Of a stretch of DNA of 64,000 nucleotides, positions 9,902 to 19,507 are shown piece after piece. Numbering within the stretch: position 1 is the first letter of the stretch; every line of letters begins with the position of its first letter. The position numbers and the translations under genes were made by a program. Source of the DNA: a virus (taxonomy: Duplodnaviria; Caudoviricetes); the IMG/VR virus record IMGVR_UViG_3300037721_000031, positions 1 through 64,000 of that record. One strand, given 5' to 3'. The notes under the pieces were generated by a model. The model searched no databases, was not told where the DNA came from, and saw nothing but the letters and a program-made list of their open reading frames with translations.

Positions 9902-11455
9902 TCATCCCAGTATGTGATGATAACTAATACAATCGTAACTGATTGCCATATGCTGTAGCATATCTCTTTTTTTCTGGTGGTACTCGAGATGCTTTGGTGC
10001 ATCACTACAAACAAAGTATACGAATTGAAGACGTCTATTGGGAATTTTTCTTAAGCGTCCGAATCCCTGAATATTAGACTGAGAGCTTGAGACAGAAGTT
10101 GTAAGGATAACTGTAGTCAGCATAGGGATGTCGACACCAGTGCCAGCACTTAATAATGTCGATACACTAACATCAGCTTCCATCAAATTCTCATATGGAT
10201 CATCTTCCACATATCGTCTAACATCCAGACTCTTAAACTCACTACTTAGATGGCTAGTCACTAATGTACATAATTGAATGGATGCACAGTAAACTAATAG
10301 CCGATCACCTTTCTGATATTTCTGGAGAAAGAACTGTCTTACAGCGGCGGCTATCATAGATACGTAGTCGCCGAGTAAGTTGCGGTTCTGCATCACGCCT
10401 TTCTCAAACGCATGATGGCTGTAGATTGTGCTTCCCCACTCTGACGATCTAAGTTTAGTAGGTTCTCTTACCTGATAAATCCATGAATACGAATTCACAT
10501 ATTTATTATAAGCCATTCCTGCATACCGAATATCTTTCGGGTATGTGAGTTCATACATTTGATTCAGGAATGGGTCATCACCTTTCAAAGTAGCTGAAAG
10601 GGAGATGGTGTGACTTATATTTGTATACAGATCAATTTTAAAATTCAAGTGGAAGTCTTGGTGTACTTCATCTATTAGTCTGACCCCAGCATCCAGTATA
10701 CTGTATAGTTCATGAGGATTGCAATCATACCCTTCATCACTGATACAGTCGCCTTTATCTTCATAAGACTTAAACCAATTCTGCATGGTTCTATTACTAA
10801 TGATTATGGCTTTGGCTGTAAGTGATCCCTGTTTAGCTGTGCAAATAAGATCCATCAGTGATGCGCTACCTTGAACTACAATTACTTCATCGCCGTCTAA
10901 GCCTAGTATTTCTTTTAGATCACTTTTCCACTTCTCCACATACATAGGTTTTATTATTATAACAAATCTTTTACCCAATGTAGCCAATGCAGCACTAGCT
11001 GAATAAGTTTTACCTGAACCTGTTTGCGTCTCTAAAAGTTTCGTATGACTAGGTTTATCACTAACTAAATAATCAATGATAGGTACTTGATAATCTTTAT
11101 GAACCCACTTTTCCAGTACTTTAAGATCAACATCTAAACCGACATGCGGCTCATGCTTAATAACTTCGTAAGTATGTGGTAAGATCTGCATGTTCGACAA
11201 GTGTTTGACGAACTGTGGAAACTGATTTATGTGGAATCTATATTCATGAACTCTGTCAGAACTACCTACTCGTGCAGCAAATACTTTTATTGGTGCTTTC
11301 ATGAACTTTCGTCCCTTCTTCACCAAACCAAATTGAACATACTGCCGTGCGAATGATTCCACGACATTCTGACCAAGAGCCTGCACTTTATTCAGCACGA
11401 AATAATGGGAATAAACATTCACAGAAAAATACTTTACTGTCACGATTAACCCCAT
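9902..11455 (-). CDS. SF2 DEAD-like helicase (phiKZ gp75-like)
   Basis: Walker A QTGSGKT, DEVH, SLSAT, SAGTGVDIP, QGFGRLR motifs. Confidence 0.92.
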   Translation of the reverse strand: MGLIVTVKYFSVNVYSHYFVLNKVQALGQNVVESFARQYVQFGLVKKGRKFMKAPIKVFAARVGSSDRVHEYRFHINQFPQFVKHLSNMQILPHTYEVIKHEPHVGLDVDLKVLEKWVHKDYQVPIIDYLVSDKPSHTKLLETQTGSGKTYSASAALATLGKRFVIIIKPMYVEKWKSDLKEILGLDGDEVIVVQGSASLMDLICTAKQGSLTAKAIIISNRTMQNWFKSYEDKGDCISDEGYDCNPHELYSILDAGVRLIDEVHQDFHLNFKIDLYTNISHTISLSATLKGDDPFLNQMYELTYPKDIRYAGMAYNKYVNSYSWIYQVREPTKLRSSEWGSTIYSHHAFEKGVMQNRNLLGDYVSMIAAAVRQFFLQKYQKGDRLLVYCASIQLCTLVTSHLSSEFKSLDVRRYVEDDPYENLMEADVSVSTLLSAGTGVDIPMLTTVILTTSVSSSQSNIQGFGRLRKIPNRRLQFVYFVCSDAPKHLEYHQKKRDMLQHMAISYDCISYHHILG

Positions 11456-11515
11456 TTTATTAAATTAGAGAAGATAACTATAGGGAGGTTATCTTCCCTA
11501 ACTCATTATTGTAAT

Positions 11516-13528
11516 TTACCTAGTTCTGATACCGTGTGCATTTGTTTCACGAGGCATTAAGATAGCATCGAATACATGTTCCACTCTGTTCGTCAAAGCA
11601 AAGCTATCTGGATTTGTAATCACTCTTACATGATTCTCAAACGCCATCGCTGCAGACAGACTTCTAAACGTCATAGTCTTCTTCATCACACCTACACCAG
11701 CCGTGGTCCATGGTTTTGGTAGTGAGTAGTCACATGATTCTGCAGAAGCAATCATAGCTGTATAGAATGTAACTTCTAACGGAGCGAGATTTACAGACAA
11801 CTTGCTGTTCACTAGAAGAAACAGCTCCGCCAGCATTGAGTCTGGATTAACGAACTGATCACGCACCAGGATTTCTTTAACAGACCCTTCAAGAAGCTTA
11901 CTTATCTCAGCTGAGTGATCTGACATGTTGTAGTGCTTAAGAGGCAGTGTCAGAATTGGTTTACTCCAATCCCATCCGTTCATGTTGATAAGATAGTTTC
12001 CTCGACTATCCACATGCCATCCATTATCACGAATATGCTGTAGTAACTCACGAGTCATTGATGCCTTGCGTCGTTCAACAGTTACGTCCACAGCACCTTC
12101 ATTGATTACCTTACCATTATCAATTACGATTCCGATAGTTTCAAGTTCAGACACTCTCGTGATGACCAGTTGACTTATGTCTGCTGCATCTCGAATATCC
12201 GTAATATTAGAAGCCTCATCTGCTGATATTACGAGATTTATCTTACAATCTTTCAGCTTATCAGACAGCTGATAAGAGTTACCATCAGCTGAAGCTTTCA
12301 AGTACATTTTATCACCATCGCTAAGTAGGATGGTTTCAATAGTAGCTGATGAGTCCAAGTGCTTAACGGAAAGAACTGACTGGGAAGACTTCTGAGCAAG
12401 AAAAGTCGAACAAGCATGTCCCAAATTTGAATTAGGTGGAATAGAGTCAGCCAACCCACCAAAGCAAACTGAACACACACCTACTGGATCAGGATGTGCG
12501 CAATGCAGCACAGTACGCATCTGGATGGCCTTACCAATCAAATGCGTGTCAGCGGTGCTGATCTGTTTAAGCACTCCATCATCATCCAGATAATTCTTCC
12601 CTGCCAGTAACTTTAAATCACCTTCATAGACTGTCTTTCCATCTCTTACACTCTTTCCAGCAACTGTCCATCGCATGTACTTACCTGTACCGCAATCTGT
12701 ATGGTGAAGATTTTCTAATCCCATCGCAACGAGTTGTAGTCGGCGAGAAAAATATTCAGTATCCTGCAATGGTGCCTTAGAGAAAATCAGCGACTTTGCA
12801 GCAGACCTAGACTCAATAGCTGAACCATAGAAGGTCATGACACCTTCAGCATAACCAGTTAATACCGGTATATCAAACTGCAGCGAGTCTGTATCGGTGA
12901 TATATCCGCGTGGTCCTAGACATTGATGCATTTGATTTTCAGATGCTAAGGATGAACGTGAAAACTTACTTAGCGGATTCTTATACAGCTCAGGCACATT
13001 ACGCAGTACGTGCGTAACTGTCTTATATGCGTTTGCAATAGAGTCATAAGACGGCTTGAGAGTGCTTCGCATCTCAACCATCTGTGGATGAGTATATATC
13101 TCATGAAAGTCAAGTATGTCCAGAGACATTACATGAGCTTCTAACCGATACGACAAATCGTTATACATTCTGTTAGTGATGTCGTATGATAGCTTGGCCA
13201 TCTCATAGCGCAGTTTAAGCTTTTCTTCTGGTGACATCGCTTGATTCACAACATCGTAAATATACCACACTGCTCTACCGATTAATGCCAGGTGAGTACC
13301 TGAGTTCAGACGTGTTCCGTTAAGAAGGGAAGCTACGTGCTGATCTTTGTTAAGTGGTACAGCTGGATACTTTCTGAATGCATCCCATACGTGGGATGAG
13401 TAAATGCACTCTTGCGCATTTGTCTTGATGACTTCTCCGTCATCAAATTCTAAAAAGAATTCTCCATCCAAAATGGACCATAGCTCTTTGGTGGAGTAGT
13501 CTAGTAGCCGTCTGGCTTTGATTTTCAC
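11516..13528 (-). CDS. Non-virion RNA polymerase beta'-like subunit, C-terminal part (gp74-like)
   Basis: Q.LGPRG, bridge helix ESRSAAKSL..TEYFSRRLQ, DCGT, C.HPDP.GVCSVCFG zinc site, SQSVLSVKH. Confidence 0.9.
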   Translation of the reverse strand: MKIKARRLLDYSTKELWSILDGEFFLEFDDGEVIKTNAQECIYSSHVWDAFRKYPAVPLNKDQHVASLLNGTRLNSGTHLALIGRAVWYIYDVVNQAMSPEEKLKLRYEMAKLSYDITNRMYNDLSYRLEAHVMSLDILDFHEIYTHPQMVEMRSTLKPSYDSIANAYKTVTHVLRNVPELYKNPLSKFSRSSLASENQMHQCLGPRGYITDTDSLQFDIPVLTGYAEGVMTFYGSAIESRSAAKSLIFSKAPLQDTEYFSRRLQLVAMGLENLHHTDCGTGKYMRWTVAGKSVRDGKTVYEGDLKLLAGKNYLDDDGVLKQISTADTHLIGKAIQMRTVLHCAHPDPVGVCSVCFGGLADSIPPNSNLGHACSTFLAQKSSQSVLSVKHLDSSATIETILLSDGDKMYLKASADGNSYQLSDKLKDCKINLVISADEASNITDIRDAADISQLVITRVSELETIGIVIDNGKVINEGAVDVTVERRKASMTRELLQHIRDNGWHVDSRGNYLINMNGWDWSKPILTLPLKHYNMSDHSAEISKLLEGSVKEILVRDQFVNPDSMLAELFLLVNSKLSVNLAPLEVTFYTAMIASAESCDYSLPKPWTTAGVGVMKKTMTFRSLSAAMAFENHVRVITNPDSFALTNRVEHVFDAILMPRETNAHGIRTR

Positions 13529-13566
13529 TATATCCCTTTCAGCATAGACATGCTCATTATTACTTT

Positions 13567-13602
13567 TAGTGGTGGGTTATATTTAGGTATAACCCACCAC
13601 TA
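13567..13602. terminator. Hairpin between nvRNAP genes
   Basis: TAGTGGTGGGTTATA-tttagg-TATAACCCACCACTA. Confidence 0.65.
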
Positions 13603-13621
13603 GTAACCGTCGTTATGTTTA

Positions 13622-15847
13622 CTAAATGTCGCTCTTTTCTTTAAGATCTGACACAATGTCGTCTTGATCTCGTGTTAGCCCACTACTTACATCAGGTCGA
13701 TGCGGCTTATAATGAAACTCCCAACCACCGCACATTGCATAATGCTTAACCAACTGGAGTGGTCTTGCATTACCTAGTGGATTATTAGTACGATCAACAG
13801 CAACAGGAATATTTGTAGGATGTTGTGATTCAAGAATAGAAGTCAACATTTGCTTATGTGTAAGCATATTGTTGTTTCTGTCGAGTATCTCTGAAGCTAG
13901 GATAGGACCGGCACAAGCTGTCGCAATACGAATTTCAGTTTCACCCCACGCACGGATAGCTTGATCGCGAGTTGGTTTAGTGTACTTGTCTCTATTATTA
14001 ATCTGAGCCAGCACACCAAAGTTCTGCCACTTACCGGAAGACACGGCGGTCCAGTCATCGCCAGTCTTCTCTAGTAACATAAGGTACATGCTACCTATTC
14101 TTACATTACTAACCGTGGTACATTTTTGACCAGAGTATCCGATGTAGCTGACAGGACCGTAAGTAGGCTTAAACTCCTCTTCAAGCTGCCTAACAATATC
14201 CATCCCAAGAACTTTATTATCTGGTGGATAATACAGATAGATTATCTCGCTTTTGATAATCGATTCCAGATACGAGATTATTGTCTTATCGTCAAAACTC
14301 AGAAAGTGTTCGTATGTGTGCGGTGTCACAATTTGCAAATACCGCATAACACGAGACCAGCAGTTATTCACTATCTCTTGACTAGGACTCTTTAGATTCC
14401 AGCCAACAGGAATCTTTTGTGGACCAAATAGCTTCAACTTGATTTCCTTAGCCAGATCTCTTGAAGCTGCATTGATGTATGGCTCGTATAGCCCACCAAT
14501 ATTCATACGGGAAATACGTGCATTCGGATCGACAACGATGTCTGCTCTGTTACCAGCTTCATCTACAGGCATCTCATGAGGTTCTGCAATATGACAAATA
14601 ACGCCTTTTCCACCATGCGTATCAGTTAGCTTAAATCCGATGGTTGGTTCGATAGTGTACTCTATAACGAATTCCACACGCCAATCATCTAGAGGGATTC
14701 CTCGATGAAGCTTTGATACACGTTCCGGAGCATCTTTCGTATTAGACACTGGTTTTATTGCTCCGAGTACAGAGATAGCCTCCACTACCAACCTGTTAAA
14801 CTCGTGAGTAATGGTGAGTGCCTTACCACGTTGCCTCTTGAGATTTTGATAGACATCATAAATCTCTTTATAATAACGCATACGTGCATCATTATAACGG
14901 TTAGTTTGCACTTCCATCCCAACAGGAGTAGTTGGTACGGTAGACTCTGGGTCATGCATGACTTTGATATCGATTACTCGCCCAGAAGCAATCTTGCCAT
15001 CTTTTATCTGACCAGGACCTGCCGCATAATAGCATGTATCAAAGATAGGATCAATTTCTCGAGTTCTACGTGTAGACGTTTCAACAGGTGCGAAGTTATC
15101 ACTATGTTGACGAAGTGCCATCAGAACACCATCAGAACGAACCATGTCCCCAATGTCAGGATGAGGTTTGTAGTTGTTTTCATCTCCGTAAAGATTCAAT
15201 GGATAACTCTTAGAGCCCCATTCAACAACTCGAGTTTCGTAAGTCTTGAACCTAAACTTCTTCAGAACGTCTCTAGATACGATAAAGCCATCTTCAGCCA
15301 CAGCAGGGTGTGACATAAATGCGACATTGCATTCACGACCATACTTGTATCCGCCTTGATCAGTGACTGACGGACTATCCAGTAGTATCGTTCCCTTGGA
15401 TACAAATTCACCTTTACGTAGCTTTGTTACTGCGGGACAGCGTTTGTATGCGAAACCAAAATACTGATGATGTGAGAAGTAATCTACAAGACTAAGACAT
15501 CCCACTTCTTTAGTATCAACGCTTTCAAAGATTACTAGCGTTTCAGGATTATGACCAATAGCGCCTTCGTCAATCGTACGCGGATAACGTTCGATTACTC
15601 GAATGATCTCGGCATCTACAGGCATTTTCACATTAAATGTATATTTACCGTATTCATGTTCCATCCCGGTCTGAATGAAACGTTCAGTAGATCCTTCAAT
15701 CACTAACATTTGAGTAACGTGACTACTGAACATCTGCTTTCTAGAAGCACTATCGTATCCAACAAATGGAGACAACCCTAGAACGCCTAACAACTCTCTT
15801 CTAAGTTGATTACCTGGTTCCTCAGGTTTTTGTGACTTCTCAGACAT
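13622..15847 (-). CDS. Non-virion RNA polymerase beta-like subunit, C-terminal part (gp71/73-like)
   Basis: AEDG catalytic motif, GFKLTDTHGGKGVI, RISRMNIGG, GSMYLMLLEK, WGETE. Confidence 0.92.
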   Translation of the reverse strand: MSEKSQKPEEPGNQLRRELLGVLGLSPFVGYDSASRKQMFSSHVTQMLVIEGSTERFIQTGMEHEYGKYTFNVKMPVDAEIIRVIERYPRTIDEGAIGHNPETLVIFESVDTKEVGCLSLVDYFSHHQYFGFAYKRCPAVTKLRKGEFVSKGTILLDSPSVTDQGGYKYGRECNVAFMSHPAVAEDGFIVSRDVLKKFRFKTYETRVVEWGSKSYPLNLYGDENNYKPHPDIGDMVRSDGVLMALRQHSDNFAPVETSTRRTREIDPIFDTCYYAAGPGQIKDGKIASGRVIDIKVMHDPESTVPTTPVGMEVQTNRYNDARMRYYKEIYDVYQNLKRQRGKALTITHEFNRLVVEAISVLGAIKPVSNTKDAPERVSKLHRGIPLDDWRVEFVIEYTIEPTIGFKLTDTHGGKGVICHIAEPHEMPVDEAGNRADIVVDPNARISRMNIGGLYEPYINAASRDLAKEIKLKLFGPQKIPVGWNLKSPSQEIVNNCWSRVMRYLQIVTPHTYEHFLSFDDKTIISYLESIIKSEIIYLYYPPDNKVLGMDIVRQLEEEFKPTYGPVSYIGYSGQKCTTVSNVRIGSMYLMLLEKTGDDWTAVSSGKWQNFGVLAQINNRDKYTKPTRDQAIRAWGETEIRIATACAGPILASEILDRNNNMLTHKQMLTSILESQHPTNIPVAVDRTNNPLGNARPLQLVKHYAMCGGWEFHYKPHRPDVSSGLTRDQDDIVSDLKEKSDI

Positions 15848-15894
15848 CTGTAGACTCCTTTTGGAATAAATATACCATACACTTAGTTACCGAG

Positions 15895-15914
15895 TAGTGA
15901 TATGTATCTGAAAC
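15895..15914 (-). promoter_or_regulatory. Early promoter variant upstream of nvRNAP beta-C
   Basis: Minus strand TTTCA-GATA-CATATCACT. Confidence 0.6.
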
Positions 15915-15945
15915 AAATTTCGCTGACATAGATTAAAAGAGAAAG

Positions 15946-16293
15946 ATGTATATGAGTATTGTTGATAGTTTAATGACGCCAGATGGTGCTGCTGTATTTT
16001 ACAGCGACGGTCTGAGAAATGTTCTCGAAGACCACATGACATATTTAAGAACGCATCCGACTACGAGATCACTAGATGTATCTCCTAAGCAAGCCGAGCG
16101 CTTTGAGTACGACTTAATCGGATTACTTAATGAACTACAAATACCTATGTACATGCACTGGGTGGTAGCTCGTACTAATAACTTCGATTCTCTAAATAAA
16201 GTACCAGCTGATTTAGTTAGCTTGTTAATTCCAGATCATAAGGAAGTAGCTAAGTTACAACAAACATATCAGATCAGTACTAAGATTAACTAA
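15946..16293 (+). CDS. Small protein with LysM-like C-terminal region
   Basis: FEYDLIGLL..HWVVARTNN..LLIP resembles LysM/tail-X folds; opposite strand to the block. Confidence 0.5.
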   Translation: MYMSIVDSLMTPDGAAVFYSDGLRNVLEDHMTYLRTHPTTRSLDVSPKQAERFEYDLIGLLNELQIPMYMHWVVARTNNFDSLNKVPADLVSLLIPDHKEVAKLQQTYQISTKIN

Positions 16294-16344
16294 ATACTAG
16301 TAGTTCTTTATACACTACTGTGACAATCGTTGATTTTTCCAATT

Positions 16345-16401
16345 AAAAAAAAAAGAGCAGGGAATCACCCTGCTCTTCTCTATGCCGTCTTTTTTTTTTT
16401 T
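16345..16401. terminator. Bidirectional hairpin with TATGCCG (convergent junction)
   Basis: A tract; 10-bp stem 16353-62/16368-77; TATGCCG 16381; T12 tract. Confidence 0.8.
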
Positions 16402-16407
16402 AAAGCA

Positions 16408-17925
16408 TTAACAGTTAGACCAATTCATTGTATCTGGCCTCGCCCATCCTGGAGTTGAGTTTCCGCCAGGAACACTATTACCATAACCCATCTGTTGATG
16501 ATGCATCATGGGTTGAGCAGCCATGTGCGGGTTTGCAGCCAATACGGAATTGAAATCAATACCTCGACCAGTTCGTTGAATCTGTGCTTGAGGTTGTACA
16601 AACTGTTGTTGCTGTTGCAGCGGCATTAATTGTCCGAACTGATTAACCATCATCTGTTGCGGACCCATAGGAGTTTGTACCATTACTACAGTCCCAGGTC
16701 CCGGTTGTTGATGAACAGGTTGAGGCTGCTGAATCATCGGATAGCCCATCGGTGCGGGATAACCCATTGCAGGATGCTGCTGCGGAGCCGCCCAACCAGG
16801 TTGAGACGGAGTCATCATCAACGGTTGCAAGGGATGTGGCTGCGGTTCAACAGGACGAGAAGACTGTTCATTCACAGCCATTCCTGATAGACCACCAGCC
16901 GGCGGCTTTATTGCTTTCTGCACCTCAACAACTTGACCAAGCGGTTGGGGCTTTGCAATGGGCGATGGTTGTGAAGCAACTGTAGGCGTCAGTGCAGTAT
17001 TTACAGAAATGACATTACTACCGTCAGGAGGAACACGTCCTTCATTACCTGGCTGCATCGGAATCATTCGGATTTGAGTATGCAGCTTGTTTAGATCAGC
17101 AAAACTCTCTTCCCAATCACCGCTGAAGTAAAGGTCTGAGGAACCTTCAATGTAATCCTTAAACTCATCAACAATAGTATTTACAGAATCACCCACCGTG
17201 ATTAGTGACTTCATCAGAGCGTCCATTGTAGGAGCAATCTCAGAGTCACTCGGGAACATCCATGAATTCTCTTTCTCAATTCCAGAGATCATGTATTCCA
17301 TAAGTGACTTAAACGTTTCTCGATCGCTCTTACGAAGCTTCACTCCATAAACGTCATTTGGTTCTTTCGGAGCCGGAGTTTTCCGAACTTCTTCATAGAA
17401 CGGGAAATAGATAATACCCACCCGCCGGTGTTTCGTACTACCAACAGTACCGTTCTTCTGAACTCTCAGATGTACAAATGCCTTTGAATTATCACCAATC
17501 ATCATTGCTTCGGTGATCTTCTGCAATGCGGAAAGAGTCTTCTCGTCAGTATCTTTAACCTTCATCAAGAAGTTTGCTTGTTCAGGGCCAAGCTTCGAAT
17601 GTGTGGCTGTGGATACTGCCAGATCTAACAGGTTAATTGCAACATACCCAATGATGAAATTTAACCTCGTAACAAGTGCTTCTCGAAATGCAGTGACTAC
17701 TTCTGACTCACCCCGCAGGATAGACTCCGACAGAGGATGAAATACTACTCTGTTAGAAAAATCAGGATTCCTCAGCTGTGTATCTGTGGGTAATACAAGG
17801 CGCTTTCCTTTCACCAAGAAAGCCTTACGTTCTGCACCAGCTAACTGGATGCTGATGAACCCATCAGCATCCGCAGACATTCCAGCTGTAGACAACAAGC
17901 TCTTATAGACATCGATCAAATCCAT
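16408..17925 (-). CDS. phiKZ gp70-like conserved protein with Q/P/M-rich low-complexity C-terminus
   Basis: KRLVLPT, VFHPLSESILRGES motifs; position between PicA-like gene and RNAP beta-C. Confidence 0.65.
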   Translation of the reverse strand: MDLIDVYKSLLSTAGMSADADGFISIQLAGAERKAFLVKGKRLVLPTDTQLRNPDFSNRVVFHPLSESILRGESEVVTAFREALVTRLNFIIGYVAINLLDLAVSTATHSKLGPEQANFLMKVKDTDEKTLSALQKITEAMMIGDNSKAFVHLRVQKNGTVGSTKHRRVGIIYFPFYEEVRKTPAPKEPNDVYGVKLRKSDRETFKSLMEYMISGIEKENSWMFPSDSEIAPTMDALMKSLITVGDSVNTIVDEFKDYIEGSSDLYFSGDWEESFADLNKLHTQIRMIPMQPGNEGRVPPDGSNVISVNTALTPTVASQPSPIAKPQPLGQVVEVQKAIKPPAGGLSGMAVNEQSSRPVEPQPHPLQPLMMTPSQPGWAAPQQHPAMGYPAPMGYPMIQQPQPVHQQPGPGTVVMVQTPMGPQQMMVNQFGQLMPLQQQQQFVQPQAQIQRTGRGIDFNSVLAANPHMAAQPMMHHQQMGYGNSVPGGNSTPGWARPDTMNWSNC

Positions 17926-17942
17926 TTAGTTACCCTATACCG

Positions 17943-19442
17943 TTAGACGTTATCAAAGCCAGAGCCAGTCAATGTTTCCAGACTGGGTGAAGGCAAACTA
18001 ATGCATGCTTCAAGCATGTTGCCGAAATCGTAAGCCACTTCCTTCAAGCGTTCAGAACTAGCAGCTAACACAGGTGCTGTAAGTGCATCAGCAAAACTTG
18101 GTGCAACAAACATCACACCTGGCCTGTTATCAATTTGCAGGTTAATCATGGTGGAGCGAGCTATCTCTCCACGGATCTCAATGTTGTAACCGACGGTGTT
18201 ATTCATCGAGACCTGATTAATTACTTCTGTTTGTAGACGGCTTTGGAAACCAAACATTGCCCGCTGCATATCTTGCCCACCCAAAGTGGCACCATCGAGA
18301 ACGTTAATCATTGGACCGCCAATTGAATGATTAGTGCATCGCACATGAGCGATTGCCAAACCAGCTTCAATCAGTAAACCAATAATCGCATTCGAAATAA
18401 TTGCAGCTGCCTGATGCTCGTAAGTCGCACCACCCCAACTCTCAGAACAATCTGCACTATTATTCAATATACCAGCGTAGCTTGGGTTTCCTTGAGCGAT
18501 AGCTGACCCAGACTGCATGACGACCATCCTTTGGTCCATTGGGTCAGCCAAAGCTGGATCAAGCTTAAACAGGTCAGACAGTGTGAAGTTGTCTGACATT
18601 GTGTTAAGATTAATCTGACTGATAGCGTTGATAAATGCATTCCTATTCAAGCTAGCTTCCAGACTGTTACCTGCTGCTCTTGTATGTAATTCCATACTTG
18701 CAGCTGTCGATGGCATGGCTGATGCCGCTTCGATGGTGCTGTTAATAATTCTGCTGGCGTATTCAGTAGCCAACCCATTACTGCGCCGCGATGCACGTGG
18801 GGTACGCGTACTCAGCTGACGGGTATCTACCAGATCAGATGCACCCAGTCCCATTGTTGTAATTGTGGTATGGATATCACCTGGCCTCATCGAAACGAAA
18901 TTATTAGCCAGAGGATCTGACAATGATGACAGATCTGTCCATGCATTGTTAGCCACAACGTGATATGCGTCAGTTACATGAGATACATTATGTCCCGCAT
19001 ACTGGCCGTACTCTACTGTGTCATTCATTACAGTGACACTGTTGATCGTGAACCTTGTATTCGGATCAAGAGCGCCGCCGTAAGACAACATATCCGGGTG
19101 ATCAGTGTAACCTTGAATCAGTTCAGTTGTTGATCCACCCAGTCGATTATAAACCTTCACTTTCATGAAGAAATAATACCGATCAACACCCCATCCATTT
19201 GGAATCAGGATACCGTTGCTTGATTCAGGTGCTGCTTGCGGCTGCACAAAGTCACCGGCTACACCAGCCAAGAACCCACCTGAGATAGTCTGCAAATGAC
19301 CTTGAAGTGTATCCAAGCGTTCAGTAATCAAACCTACTGCACTTCCAGTACCATTTGTTTTATACGGACGACGATACTGAACTCCGTGTTTACCAGCCTT
19401 TGCCATCAACAGCTGCAGAATTTCAATCTTAAAAGTCGACAT
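17943..19442 (-). CDS. picA: Probable phage-nucleus protein importer PicA/Imp1 (phiKZ gp69-like)
   Basis: Synteny (directly downstream of the sigma-like nvRNAP subunit, upstream of gp70-like) and size about 500 aa. Confidence 0.6.
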   Translation of the reverse strand: MSTFKIEILQLLMAKAGKHGVQYRRPYKTNGTGSAVGLITERLDTLQGHLQTISGGFLAGVAGDFVQPQAAPESSNGILIPNGWGVDRYYFFMKVKVYNRLGGSTTELIQGYTDHPDMLSYGGALDPNTRFTINSVTVMNDTVEYGQYAGHNVSHVTDAYHVVANNAWTDLSSLSDPLANNFVSMRPGDIHTTITTMGLGASDLVDTRQLSTRTPRASRRSNGLATEYASRIINSTIEAASAMPSTAASMELHTRAAGNSLEASLNRNAFINAISQINLNTMSDNFTLSDLFKLDPALADPMDQRMVVMQSGSAIAQGNPSYAGILNNSADCSESWGGATYEHQAAAIISNAIIGLLIEAGLAIAHVRCTNHSIGGPMINVLDGATLGGQDMQRAMFGFQSRLQTEVINQVSMNNTVGYNIEIRGEIARSTMINLQIDNRPGVMFVAPSFADALTAPVLAASSERLKEVAYDFGNMLEACISLPSPSLETLTGSGFDNV

Positions 19443-19507
19443 GAGTAATTCTCCTTTTTACACAGTTACGCATTCCAACTCGTAACTTCGATAACTAAGA
19501 AACTATT

